DNA of 64,000 nt. It comes from Dictyostelium discoideum (taxonomy: Eukaryota). The stretch is from assembly GCA_000004695.1 (NCBI GenBank), contig CM000151.3, positions 8,224,001 to 8,288,000 on the forward strand. Direction: 5' to 3'. Shown here piece by piece: positions 1-11,036 of the stretch (positions are counted from its first letter, which is position 1; each line of letters starts with the position of its first letter). The notes under the pieces are model-generated. The model ran no database searches. It worked only from the letters and a program-made list of their open reading frames with translations, and had not been told where the DNA came from. The translations under genes and the position numbers were made by a program.

Positions 1-64
1 TAAAATTATTCGATAGATGATATGTTACTATTGATAAATATCATATAATTATGTTATCTAACTA

Positions 65-152
65 TTTTCCTTAGCAAGTATCGAACTTAGAGACCAATGT
101 GTTACAAATTTTCCTTAGCAAGTATCGAACTTAGAGACTAATGTGTTACAAA
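65..152 (+). repeat. Tandem direct repeat, 2 x 44 bp ('ttttccttagcaagtatcgaacttagagacYaatgtgttacaaa') immediately upstream of the first (degenerate) family copy; 1 mismatch
   Basis: Seen directly: 65-108 and 109-152 are identical except c/t at one position. The unit ends in 'gttacaaaacaaATGGA', resembling the 5' leader of the intact copy at 4640-4655 ('gttgtaaaacaaATGGA'). Confidence 0.8.
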
Positions 153-156
153 ACAA

Positions 157-490
157 ATGGAGGTTCTAGAAATATTATTTTGGAAAGTTTTTAAAAATAA
201 ATATATATTAAAAGAGATATTCAATCAAATTCACAACAATGAATGGATTGAATATGATGAACCAATAAATATAATGTTTACAATAGATGTAAATTAGTGA
301 AGAATTTAAAAGAAAATCATTATCATTAGCAGCACATAGAAAAACTCTTAAAACTACAATCACTGAATACATTTTTAATAATCCATCATTATATTCAATA
401 CCACCATTATCATTAATAAATAATCAAAAACAACAAGAACTATCAACAAATAAAAGATTAAAACTATCTGAAACTATACATTCAAATTTA

Positions 491-549
<59 letters not shown>

Positions 550-2674
550 AGAAATAAAGTATGAATATATTGAATTTAGAGATTTTATGAAATTAAAGTC
601 AAGCAATTTATTAAAATCATTTATGGAATTAGATATAGTTTTAAGTGAAACTGAAACAAATTTTAATCAATTTCTTAAAATGTATCATCCATATGAAAGA
701 TTACAAGTTGGTATTAAAGTTATTCTAAAGTATGATAATACAATTCCAGAAAAAAAAAGAGAAGAAATTTTAGAAGAAATCAATAAAATTGATAGAAAAA
801 ATGAAACAGGTTTTAATAGATTAAAAGAATTGAGAAAATTAGTAGCAATAGAATTCCCAAAGCAAACAAACTTTTATTTCTATTATTGGCAAAGATATCG
901 TGAGAATATTAAAAAACTTGGTAAAGTTCCTAGAAAATGGAATCCTCCAGGTGATAATATTGAAACTTTTGAACATATTATTGTACAAGATGACTTCATT
1001 GAAGATCAAGAAGCCATATATCTAAACCATACCCAAGGTGATGAAAATATAGAACAAGTAGAATTACTATCATATAATTTATATAGATGATTCAAAATGA
1101 GACAATATTTTGTTAAAATATTTTCAATATTGATTTGATCTTTAGTGAGTTTTTTAAACTTGTCTATTATCAATTTAATTATCCTGATTATTTGAAAAAA
1201 ACAAGAATTTTAATATAATGGAATTATTATTAAATAGTGAGTTTTTTAAACTTGTCTATTATCAATTTAATTATCCTGATTATTTGAATTATCCTGATAC
1301 CATCATCAGGTAGCAATTATAATAATAAAAAGTACAAAACTCAATTCGATGCAATATTAAAAGAATTAATTAAACAATTATCACTTGATATTTGTACAAA
1401 CGTGAGTAATAGAGATAGAATTGTTAAGGGTAAAGATTTCTTTAATCATTCATTAAATGTAGATTTAAAATTCAGTTTAGATATTTGTAGAAAAGATTTA
1501 TTTTGGGAATTATTAGATTGGATTCAACAATATATGATTAAAAATGAAAATTTAATGAGCGTCAAGTTTATCTATTCAATTCACCATATGAATCATTATT
1601 ACCAAATGGTACAATATTTTCAAATGTAAATATAATAAAAAAAGAATTACAATCAAAAGAATTAACAACCGAAACAACAGAAGCAGCAATTGAAAGTTCT
1701 TTTTTAAAAATTGATAATTTTGAAAAACCAATACCAAATGAATCAACAATTAAAATTGGTTGGAATTCAGATAAATTAATTGAACCATTCAAACCAATTT
1801 CAAAACTTATAAATTCATTTAAATTTTCAGATGAAGTCATAGTATCAATTTGTAAAGTAATGAATGTAAATGAAATTCAAAGATTTATTCAATATAATTT
1901 CTTTGAATCATTTTTTCAAAATGAAATTTATAAATATTCAGTATTTATGAATAGAGATGATATAATGCCATTCCTATTAAATAATTATAATATTGAAGCT
2001 GATTTCCCATACTTTCATCCAAGCTCAGACTATTCACAATATTTAGAATGTAAATTCATCTTTGAAAATCATTTTGAAAAAGTAAAGAATATTTCAAATC
2101 TCAATCAAAAATGGATCGAAAGTCGTTATTTACAATTCCCATTGATTTTATTAAATTCTTTTTTAAAATACATCTGCAAAGAAAAGAATATCACAACATA
2201 TAATCAATTCATTCAAAATGATAATTTACAAATTAGAAAACAAGTAATTAAAAAAACAATTGAAATACTAATTGGTAGATTCAATCAATTATTGAACAAT
2301 CAGATACTCAAGTATACTTTAAATCAGCTTTGGATCAAGTTTTATTAAAATCAAAAGAAGATAGAAAAAATGATGAAATTAATTCTCCATTCATTGAAAA
2401 TAATAAAAATCCATTCATAGAATCTTTTATTCATGGTGATATTAAAACCTGTGATATCATTCTCAAATATTACCCAAATCAATTCAAAATCACTAAAGAT
2501 TCAATCACTGAAACATTAAAAATGGAAAATATTCATATCATTAAATATTATTATAAAGTTGATAATTGTAAAAATTTAATTAATAATTTTAAAAATGATA
2601 ATAATTTATTAAAACATTTAAAAAATGAATTATCAAAACATCCAATATATAAATACCATTTAACTTGGTTATAA
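157..2674 (+). pseudogene. Degenerate, internally deleted copy of the tandem gene family (N-terminus, middle block and C-terminal third retained, in different frames)
   Basis: The ATG at 157 opens '[36 protein letters not shown]', then the frame breaks. ORFs 587-1090, 1402-1629, 1860-2348 and 2330-2674 match successive, non-contiguous segments of the intact paralogs (e.g. 'MKLKSSNLLKSFMELDIV', 'NRDRIVKGKDFFNHSLN', '[16 protein letters not shown]', '...[12 protein letters not shown]'). About 2.5 kb instead of ~4 kb, so >1 kb of the middle is missing. An unrelated segment with a 52-bp direct repeat occupies 1091-1330. Confidence 0.75.
1144..1308 (+). repeat. Direct repeat of a ~52-bp unit ('agtgagttttttaaacttgtctattatcaatttaattatcctgattatttga'), two copies plus a partial third, inside the pseudogene
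   Basis: Seen directly: 1144-1195 and 1246-1297 are identical. 'attatcctgat' recurs again at 1298-1308. Confidence 0.75.
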
Positions 2675-3289
2675 AAAAAAATAATAAAAACAAATAAAAA
2701 AAAAAAAAAAACTATCTTCTGTGATAAAATCAAACGCATAAACTAGTTTGTGCACATACCCAATTAATACACAACAAATTTAAAAAGTGTCTTGTCATGT
2801 GCAATTCCAAAAAATTTTATTTGTTGCACAATCAATATTAACAGATCGTTTATATGTATTAAACGCTGATAATAAATGTGCAACAAATATTCATTTGGGT
2901 TCAGCAAGAACAACCACAGAACTGGATTCGTCACATGTGATTTTACTTTGGAGAAGAATAATGTCATTGGAAAAAAAAAAATAATTAAAAAAAAAAATAA
3001 ATAAATAAAGTAAAATAAAAAAATAAATAAATAAATAAATAAAATAAAATAAAATAAAAAAGTTAATAAAATAAAAATAAAATAATTTTAAAATCTCTAA
3101 CCTTTACTCTTTACTTTGGGTTTTTGAAAGAATGGATATGGGTGTGAAGTTCGAATAGTTTTAATTCTTTATTTAATTAATCAATATCTTATTTATTTAA
3201 TTTTAATTATTTTTTTTATTTTAATTCTATTATTATTATTCTTTTTATTTGATCGAGTTTGATGATTCAATTAATTATCTTGATTCTTC

Positions 3290-3790
3290 ACTTGATGAAT
3301 CTTCATCTTGTTGTTTTTCTTCCTCTTCTTCCTCTTCCTCTTCTTCACTATTATAATCACTATTTAATCCTTTTGTTAGACTAAGATCATTTACATTTGA
3401 GAAATTACCATTTAAATAACTTGACCCCCACCAGTCACTATAAATTTAAAGTTTTACAATCTATACCAATTGCAATATTATTACAAATACAATTACCAAG
3501 GTGATCATTACATTTACCAAATGGTGAATATTCGACTGAACAAGGAGCTCTATAACAAAATTCATCATATATTAATGTTGCACCATTCCATCTAATAATT
3601 TAATTTGTTGACTACCTTAACCTGCACCTATTGTACATATGATTTGAGATTTATTACTTGAGAAATTAATATCATTACAAATTGAAGTACCAATTCAAAT
3701 TGTAATACTTGTGCTAATATTATAAATATTTGAAAATCACAAGACATTATAACATCACCACCGGTTGTTGGTGTTAATACTGATGATATT
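3290..3790 (-). pseudogene. Possible remnant of a Cys-rich (EGF-like) protein gene with acidic C-terminal tail on the minus strand; interrupted by stops/frameshifts
   Basis: Minus-strand translation gives segments such as '...CSVEYSPFGKCNDHLGNCICNNIAIGIDCKT' and a terminal 'WWGSSYLNGNFSNVNDLSLTKGLNSDYNSEEEEEEEEEKQQDEDSSSEESR*'. The region is less AT-rich than its surroundings but has no single long ORF. It could instead be a multi-exon gene I cannot resolve. Confidence 0.2.
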
Positions 3791-3837
3791 TGCATTTAAT
3801 TGTTGATGTTGTTATGTTGAGGTATATATAATAATGT

Positions 3838-4095
3838 TGTTAATGTTGTTGATGTTGTTGATGTTGTTGATGTATATTTATTTTATTTGGTGTGGTTGCA
3901 GTATGTTGATGTTGGTGTTGTTGTTGTTGATGAATTATGTTGTTGATGTTGTTCATGTTGATGTTATATATACATATTGTTTATTATTTTATTTTATTAT
4001 TGTTGATGTTGTATATATATTGGTTATTATTTTATTTTATTTTATTTTATTTTATTTTATTTTATTTTATTTTATTTTATTTTATTTTATTTTAT
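3838..4095. repeat. Compound microsatellites: (tgttga)n then (ttatt/ttttatttta)n
   Basis: Seen directly; the ORFs 3834-4136 and 3937-4131 are translations of these repeats (poly-LLM / poly-FYFIL). Confidence 0.85.
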
Positions 4096-4650
4096 TATAT
4101 ATATTATTATTATTTTATTTGTACTATATAAAATGAGTTGACATAATTTGCTAAAAGAGAATACTAATTTTATATTATTGAATATCCTATTATAACGATG
4201 AAGAATTGAGTAACTAATTTTGGAAGAACCATTAATTTTGTTACATTTTTTTATTTTATTTTTTGTTCATTTCTCCTCGCCAATTTGAAAATTTTAATAT
4301 TTTTTCTGTACATTAAATATATAAAAAATAATTTTGGTATATTCTGATAATTAATCAATTTACCACGAAAATTATTTACTAGTATTTTACAATTCTATTC
4401 ACAAATTGATTTAGTGTTTTTTTTGAAATACGGTGATTCCCACAACTCTAATAAATAAATTCCCTATCATTACTCTTTAATGAATTATTAAAGAATGGAA
4501 ACATATAATTCCTCAGAGAATATTAAAGTCTAAAAAAAAAAAAAAAATGAAAAAAAAAAAAAAATGAAAAAAAAAAAAAATTTTTTTGAATTTTTTTTTT
4601 TTTTTTGAATATTAATTTTTTTTTTTTTTTTGTGTTGTGTTGTAAAACAA

Positions 4651-5407
4651 ATGGAAATTCTAGAAATATTATTTTGGAAAGTTTTTAAAAATAAATATAT
4701 ATTCAAAGAGATATTTTATCAAATCCACAACAATGAATGGGTTGAATATGATAAACCAAATAAATATAATGTTTACAATAGATGTAAATTTAAAGATACC
4801 CACTCTTTACAAATAATGATAAAAAATGATCTACTCCCATTAATTAAAGATAAAATCAAACATGGTGATCATATAGAGATTACTCTTCATTCAATAAAAG
4901 ATCTTTTTTCAAAATTATCAACAGAACCATTAATAAAAAAAAATAGTAATAATAATAAATATAAAGATGAAGATTATTTAGAAATTATTGAATTATTAAT
5001 GAAACATAGAAGAGATCAATTTGAAATTACTGATTTAATTATGATTGCGGTAAAAGTTTATTCTCCAGATATTATTAGATTATTAGTTAATGAACCATAT
5101 TCAGTTATAATTTATCCAACAACATTTGAATTTGCAATTACAGATTCAAATTTAGAAACAATTAAAGAACTAGTAAATTTAGAACCAATAAATTTTAAAA
5201 ACTATGGTATTAAATTAATCAGTGAAGAATTTAAAAGAAAATCATTATCATTAGCAGCACATAGAAAAACTCTTAAAACTTCAATCACCGAATACATTTT
5301 TAATAATCCATCATTATATTCAATACCACCACCATTATCATCATTAAATAATCAACAAAAACAACGACTATCAAATAAAAGATTAAAACTATTTTTATTA
5401 ATATATA

Positions 5408-5439
<32 letters not shown>

Positions 5440-8400
5440 GATGAAGAAATAGAGTATGAATATATTGATTTTGAAGATTTTATGAAATTAAAATCAAGTG
5501 ATTTATTGGGATCGCTTATGGAATTAGATATAGTAGTTTTAAGAATAACTTATCAAAGTTTTGATTCATTTATTAAAATGTATCATCCATATGAAAGATT
5601 ACAAGTTGGTATTAAAATTATTCTAAAGTATGATATTAGAATTCCAGAAAAAAAAAGAGAAGAAATTTTAGAAAAAGCCAATAAAATTGATAGAAATAAT
5701 GAAACAGGTTTTAATAAATTAAAAGAATTGAGAAAATTAGTAGCAATAGAATTATCAAATCAAATAAACTTTTATTTGTATTATTGGAAAGCATATCGTG
5801 AGAATATTAAAAAACTTTGTAAAATTCATAGAAAACGGGGCCTTCCAGATAATAATATTGAAGATCAAGAAGCCATATATCTAAACCATCCTCAAGCAGG
5901 TGATGAAGATATAGAACAAGTAGAATTATTATCATATAATTTAAATTCAGATAGTGAAGAAGAAGATGAAATTGATAAAAATGTTGTTGAACAAAATTAT
6001 TCTTTTGAAGAGTATTTTAATTACTCGAAAAGATTAAAAAAAGAATCAGTTTTTGATAAATCCAATAGATATTCAGATTTACTCAATTCATATTTAAAAG
6101 CAATTAAAGAGGGTAATATTGAAAAGTTAGAAGATGTTGATACAAATAATCCAATGTTTCAATTAGATGTTTCAAAATACCATAAATTTCAATTACCAAA
6201 TGAAAAAGAAGATGTATTGAAAATTTGGGAATACTTTAATAGACACTCATTTAAACAAATGATTCAAAATTATGGTATTCTCATTGAATTTATTTCAAGT
6301 GTAATTAATGTTATTCCACCTTTAGAATTGAAAATTTCAAATATTGATGACCTACTATTTTCCCCTGAAAAACTTGGAACATTTCTATTTCATCAATTAC
6401 ACAACAAGAATTTTAATGTTATTGAATTATTATTAAATAGTTTTGATGATATTAATTTTAAATATCAACCAATAGAATTGGCATCTCTTATAGATCAAGA
6501 GAGATTTTTATTTGATAATGAGGGTGAATTATTACAAGTTGATAAAAAGTTTGCTTTACAAATAATTAGAGTAATTGAATTGGTAATGGACAAAGTTAAT
6601 AAACTCACTAAAGATCAAAAAAATACTGAAAATATTTTAACAACATCGTATCGTCTCATTTTAAATAATTTATATGATCAATTGCTTAGAGTTAAAGGTT
6701 TAACAATAGATCAATTAGAATATGTTAGATCAATTATTCCTGAACAATTACTTAGTAATAATTATGAAATCTATCGTATCTTTTTCTATCTTAATATCAG
6801 ATCTTCAAAATTAACAAAATACATAATCGAAAGACCTAGGATTCTCAGATATTCAGCTGTATTAATCAATAATTACTACGATACTATTGCACCAATTACA
6901 AATGAAATTTCTTGTTTTGATTTAAGAAAATTTTTTAAATTTGATTTATTCACTTATGATTATATATTAGGTAGAGAATCAATTCAATATAGTAGTGGTA
7001 GTAGTGGTAGTGGTAGTGATAGTGGTAGTGGTAGTAGTAGTAGTGGTAGTAGTGGTGATGATGGTAGCAAAAATAATAATAAAAAGTACATAACTCAAGT
7101 AGATACACTATTAAGAGAACTAATTAAACAATTATCACATGATATTTGTACAAACGTTAGTAATAGAGATAGAATTGTTAAGGGTAAAGATTTCTTTAAT
7201 CTTTCATTAAATGCAGATTTAAAATTCAGTTTAAATATTGGTAGAAAAGATTTATTTTGGGAATCATTAGATTGGATTGAACAATATATGATTAAAAATG
7301 AAAATTTAATGAGGCGTCAATTTTATCAATTCAATTCACCATATGAATCATTATTACCAACTGGTACAATATTTTCAAATGTAAATATAATAAAAAAAGA
7401 ATTACCATCAAAAGAATTAACAACAATTGAAAGTTCTTTTTTAAAAATTGATAATTTTGAAAAACCAATACCAAATGAATCAACAATTAAAGTTAATTGG
7501 AATTCAGATAAATTAATTGAACCATTCAAACCAATTCCAAAACTTATAAATTCATTTAAATTTTCAGATGAAGTAAAGGATTCAGTTTGTAAAGTAATGA
7601 ATGTAAATGAAATTCAAAGATTTATTCAATATAATTTCTTTGAATCATTTTTTCAAAATGAAATTTATTTATATTCATCGTGTATGAATAGAGAAGATTT
7701 AATGTCATTCCTATTAAATAATTATAATATTGAAGCTTATTTTCTACTTGGGCCAAGTGGAGGATATTTAGAATGTAAATTAATCTTTGAAAATCATTTT
7801 GAAAAATTAAAGAATATTTCAAACCTCAATCAATGGTTTGAAAGTCGTTATTCACAATTCTCATCGGCTTTATTAAATTCTTTTTTAAAATACATTTGTA
7901 AAGAAAATAATATCACAAGATATAATCAATTCATTCAACATGATAATTTACAAATTAGAAAACAAATAATTAAAGAAATAATTGGAATATTATTTGATAG
8001 ATTCTTATCATGTGATGGTTATAATGACGATGAATATGATGATGAGGATGATGAGGATGATAATGGTGAAGACACTAATCAGAGTTTAGCATCTATAATA
8101 AAAAATCAAAATAATAAAGTTTTACTCATTCAATCAATTATTGAACAATCAGATACTCAATTATACTTTAAATCAGCTTTAGATCAATTTTTATTAGAAT
8201 CAAAAGAAGATAGAAAAAATGATGAAATTAATTCTCCATTCATTGAAAATAATAAAAATCCATTCTTACAATTTTTTATTAAAGGTAATATTAAAACTTG
8301 TGATATCATTCTTGAATATTATCCAAATCAATTTAAAATCACTAAAGATTCAATCACTGAAGCATTAAAATTGGAAAATATTCATATCATTAAATATTAT

Positions 8401-8523
8401 TATAAAGTTGATAATTGTAAAAATTTAATTAATAATTTTAAAAATGATAATAATTTATTAAAACATTTAAAAAATGAATTATCAAAACATCCAATTTATA
8501 AATATCATTTAACTTGGTTATAA
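4651..8523 (+). CDS. Tandem-family paralog A (1290 aa), uncharacterised lineage-specific protein with conserved N/C termini and low-complexity linkers
   Basis: Continuous ORF. The ORF track starts at a TTG at 4630; the first ATG is at 4651 ('[16 protein letters not shown]...'). It ends '...[12 protein letters not shown]' at 8523. Collinear with the other paralogs over its full length. It contains a poly-N tract, a D/E tract (8030-8070) and an S/G-rich tract 'SSGSSGSGSDSGSGSSSSGSSGDDGS' (7000-7070). Confidence 0.7.
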
Positions 8524-9232
8524 AACAAAATAATAAAAGCAAATTAAATAAAAATAAATAAAAATAATCATTTAACTTGGTTATAAAAAATAATAAAAAA
8601 AATAAATAAAAAAATAAAATTAAAAACAAATAAAAAAAAAAAAAAATAAATAAAATTAAAAACAAATAAAAAATAATTACAAATAAAATAAAACTGACTC
8701 TTTTTCTCACAACAATAATAAAAAAAAAATAAACAAATTCAATTGTTTAGAAAATGTTTGAATTATTTTTTTTTATTTAATTGTGAATTTTAAAAAAAAA
8801 AAAAAAGGAAAGATTACATTTATTTATTTTACTTTTTTATAATTTATTTTATTTATTTATTTATTTTTGGGTTTGAAGTAATATTAGAGTTAATATAATG
8901 ATAATTTCCTGTTATTACACATCATTATTTCATAAACTAAAATCAAATAAATCAATTTATTTATATCATATTAACTCTACAATTTCAATGGTGGTTTATA
9001 AACAGTTTTTATATCTTTATTTTATATAATTTTTTTTTTTTTGTTGATTTATATACATATTATTATGACTTGATAACGTACCATTATTATTATTTTTAAT
9101 AGATTACTTTTACTTTTAAAATACCACTATTACTATGACAATTAATTAATAAAGTACTATTGACACTATTTCACACCACACACTAAGTTTAATTGGTCGT
9201 TCAATTTGATAATATTGTAAACAACAAATGGG

Positions 9233-9288
9233 TAATAGTAATAGTAATAGTAATAGTAATAGTAATAGTAATAGTAATAGTAATAATC
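9233..9288. repeat. (agtaat)n hexanucleotide microsatellite, ~9 units
   Basis: Seen directly ('atgggtaatagtaatagtaat...'). Confidence 0.85.
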
Positions 9289-9559
9289 ACAAACAATAAC
9301 ACCCAACAAACACAACAGCCGCCACAAATTCGTTGTTGTTGGATTTGATTGTGTTAATCTGAAACAAAACTAACCTGTCGAGTTGACAACTGAATCATTT
9401 GAAGTTACAACAAATGGGTATTTATCTGGTTGTGTTGATGTTGCTGTAGTTGTTATGTTGTAGTTGTTGCTGTAGTTGTGCTGTAGTTGTTGCTGTGGTT
9501 GTTGCTGTTGTTGTTGTTGTTGATACAATAATTACTTACTAATAAATGATTGAAATTTA

Positions 9560-9950
9560 ATATCAATATTGGTGATTGTTAACATTTTATTTACCGATAT
9601 CACTTGGTTGTTTGAATCAATCCAAACATGTACCGATTTCATAGAATGGTGATAAACCTAGGTTTTGATTATCAAGTGGTCCTGAAACTGTGAAACATGA
9701 TTTAATAATTGAATCATCTAAAGTTAGAGAGAATGGTGAATATGATGTTTTGACTGGTTAGTATTGATCTGGAATTTTTGTTTCAATACAATAATCACTT
9801 GATGTTCCCCACTTTGAATTGATAATCACCATCTGGATCTGAAGTTGATTAAATAACTTTACCATATTTTTTGGCAAATTACTGGAATACGTCCTATTTG
9901 AGTTGCAACGACGATACAATAATCCCATTTGAATACTGTCTTTCGAAAAA
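9560..9950 (-). pseudogene. Possible fragmented coding remnant on minus strand (three short frames, no recognisable family)
   Basis: The non-AT-rich island translates on the minus strand in shifting frames ('DYCIVVATQIGRIPVI', 'KLFNQLQIQMVIINSKWGTSSDYCIETKIPDQY', 'TSYSPFSLTLDDSIIKSCFTVSGPLDNQNLGLSPFYEIGTCLD'). There is no intact ORF. It could be exons of an unresolved gene. Confidence 0.15.
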
Positions 9951-10080
9951 ATTGAAAATTAAAATTAATGGCAAAAAAAAAAAAAAAAATTAAAAATTTT
10001 TTTTTTTTTTTTTTTTTTTTAACTACAAAGTTACATAATTATTAATAATAATTTAATCAAAAAAAAAAAAAAAACAAAAA

Positions 10081-10560
10081 ATGACAGAAAAGACAGAAAT
10101 ATTATTTTGGAAAGTTTTTAAAAATGATTTTATATTTAAAGAGATATTTAATCAAATTCACAACAATCAATGGATTGAATATGATAACCCAAATAAATAT
10201 AGTGTTTACAATAGATGTAAATTTAAATATATCCACTCATTGAAAGTAATGATAGAAAATGAACTACTCCCATTAATTAAAGATAAAATCAAACATGGTG
10301 ATCACATAGAAATAGATCGTGATTCAATAGAAATTCTTTTCAAAATTATCAAAAACAAATAATAATAAAAATAAATATAAAGATGAAGATTATTTAGAAA
10401 TTATTGAATTATTAATTAAACATAGAAGAGATGAATTTGAAATTACTGATTTAATAAATATAGCAACAAATAAAAATTCACCAGATGTTATTAGATTATT
10501 AGTTAATGAACCATATTCAGTTATAATTTATCCAACAGCATTTTATTTTATCATTAAATC
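10081..10560 (+). pseudogene. Truncated 5' fragment (~160 codons) of the tandem gene family with a frameshift after codon 93
   Basis: ORF 10081-10362 is '[40 protein letters not shown]...'. The homology continues in another frame at 10370-10560 ('[28 protein letters not shown]...[16 protein letters not shown]') and then stops abruptly. No middle or 3' part follows. Confidence 0.75.
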
Positions 10561-11036
10561 CAAAAAAAAAGAAATCAATTTTAAAATAAATTGTTTTTTT
10601 TTTTTTTATTAAACACTCAATTAAAAACTATCCAAATGTTATAAATAAAAATTTTTACGTTATAATCTAATTCTTCAATAACACCTCTAAACTTTTCGCT
10701 TCTATATTGCGCAATTTTTCGAGTAAAACAAGGGAATTATTATGAAAAGTTGATGTAATTTTCAGTAAAAAAAATAATACGTCATCACTTTTTTTTTTTT
10801 AATTTTTTTTTTTTTTTTTTTTTTTTAACTTTTTCTTTTTTATAAATTCTTTTTTTTTATTTTACAAATCAGTTTTTATAATTATTATACATTTGTACAT
10901 GTTTTTTTTTACAAATTTATAACTTTTAACATACATTTATATTATCTTTTTTTTTTTTTTTTTTTTTTTTTCATAACCATCATTATAATTATAATCAGCG
11001 TTTGTTGGTAGCAAAATTAAAAAAAAAACAAAAAAG

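Noticed and set aside
1568-1840. Conserved ~85-90-aa antisense ORFs ('MTS..NLNEFISFEIGLNGSINLSEFQPIL..DSFGIGFSKLSIFK...') recurring opposite every family copy (also 7326-7529, 13559-13840, 18447-18701, 22011-22277)
   Set aside because: They lie entirely inside the highly conserved sense-strand block '[20 protein letters not shown]...[10 protein letters not shown]'. Their conservation is fully explained by the sense gene. The AT-rich antisense frame is simply stop-poor. There is no independent evidence of coding.
3140-3165. tRNA-like 'gaagttcgaatag' motif
   Set aside because: Only a partial T-loop-like string. No acceptor stem or anticodon arm can be built from flanking sequence. No other tRNA-like B-box matches were found in the window.
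3834-4136. ORFs 3834-4136 and 3937-4131 (poly-LLM / FYFIL)
   Set aside because: Translations of (tgttga)n and (ttttatttta)n microsatellites. Not genes.
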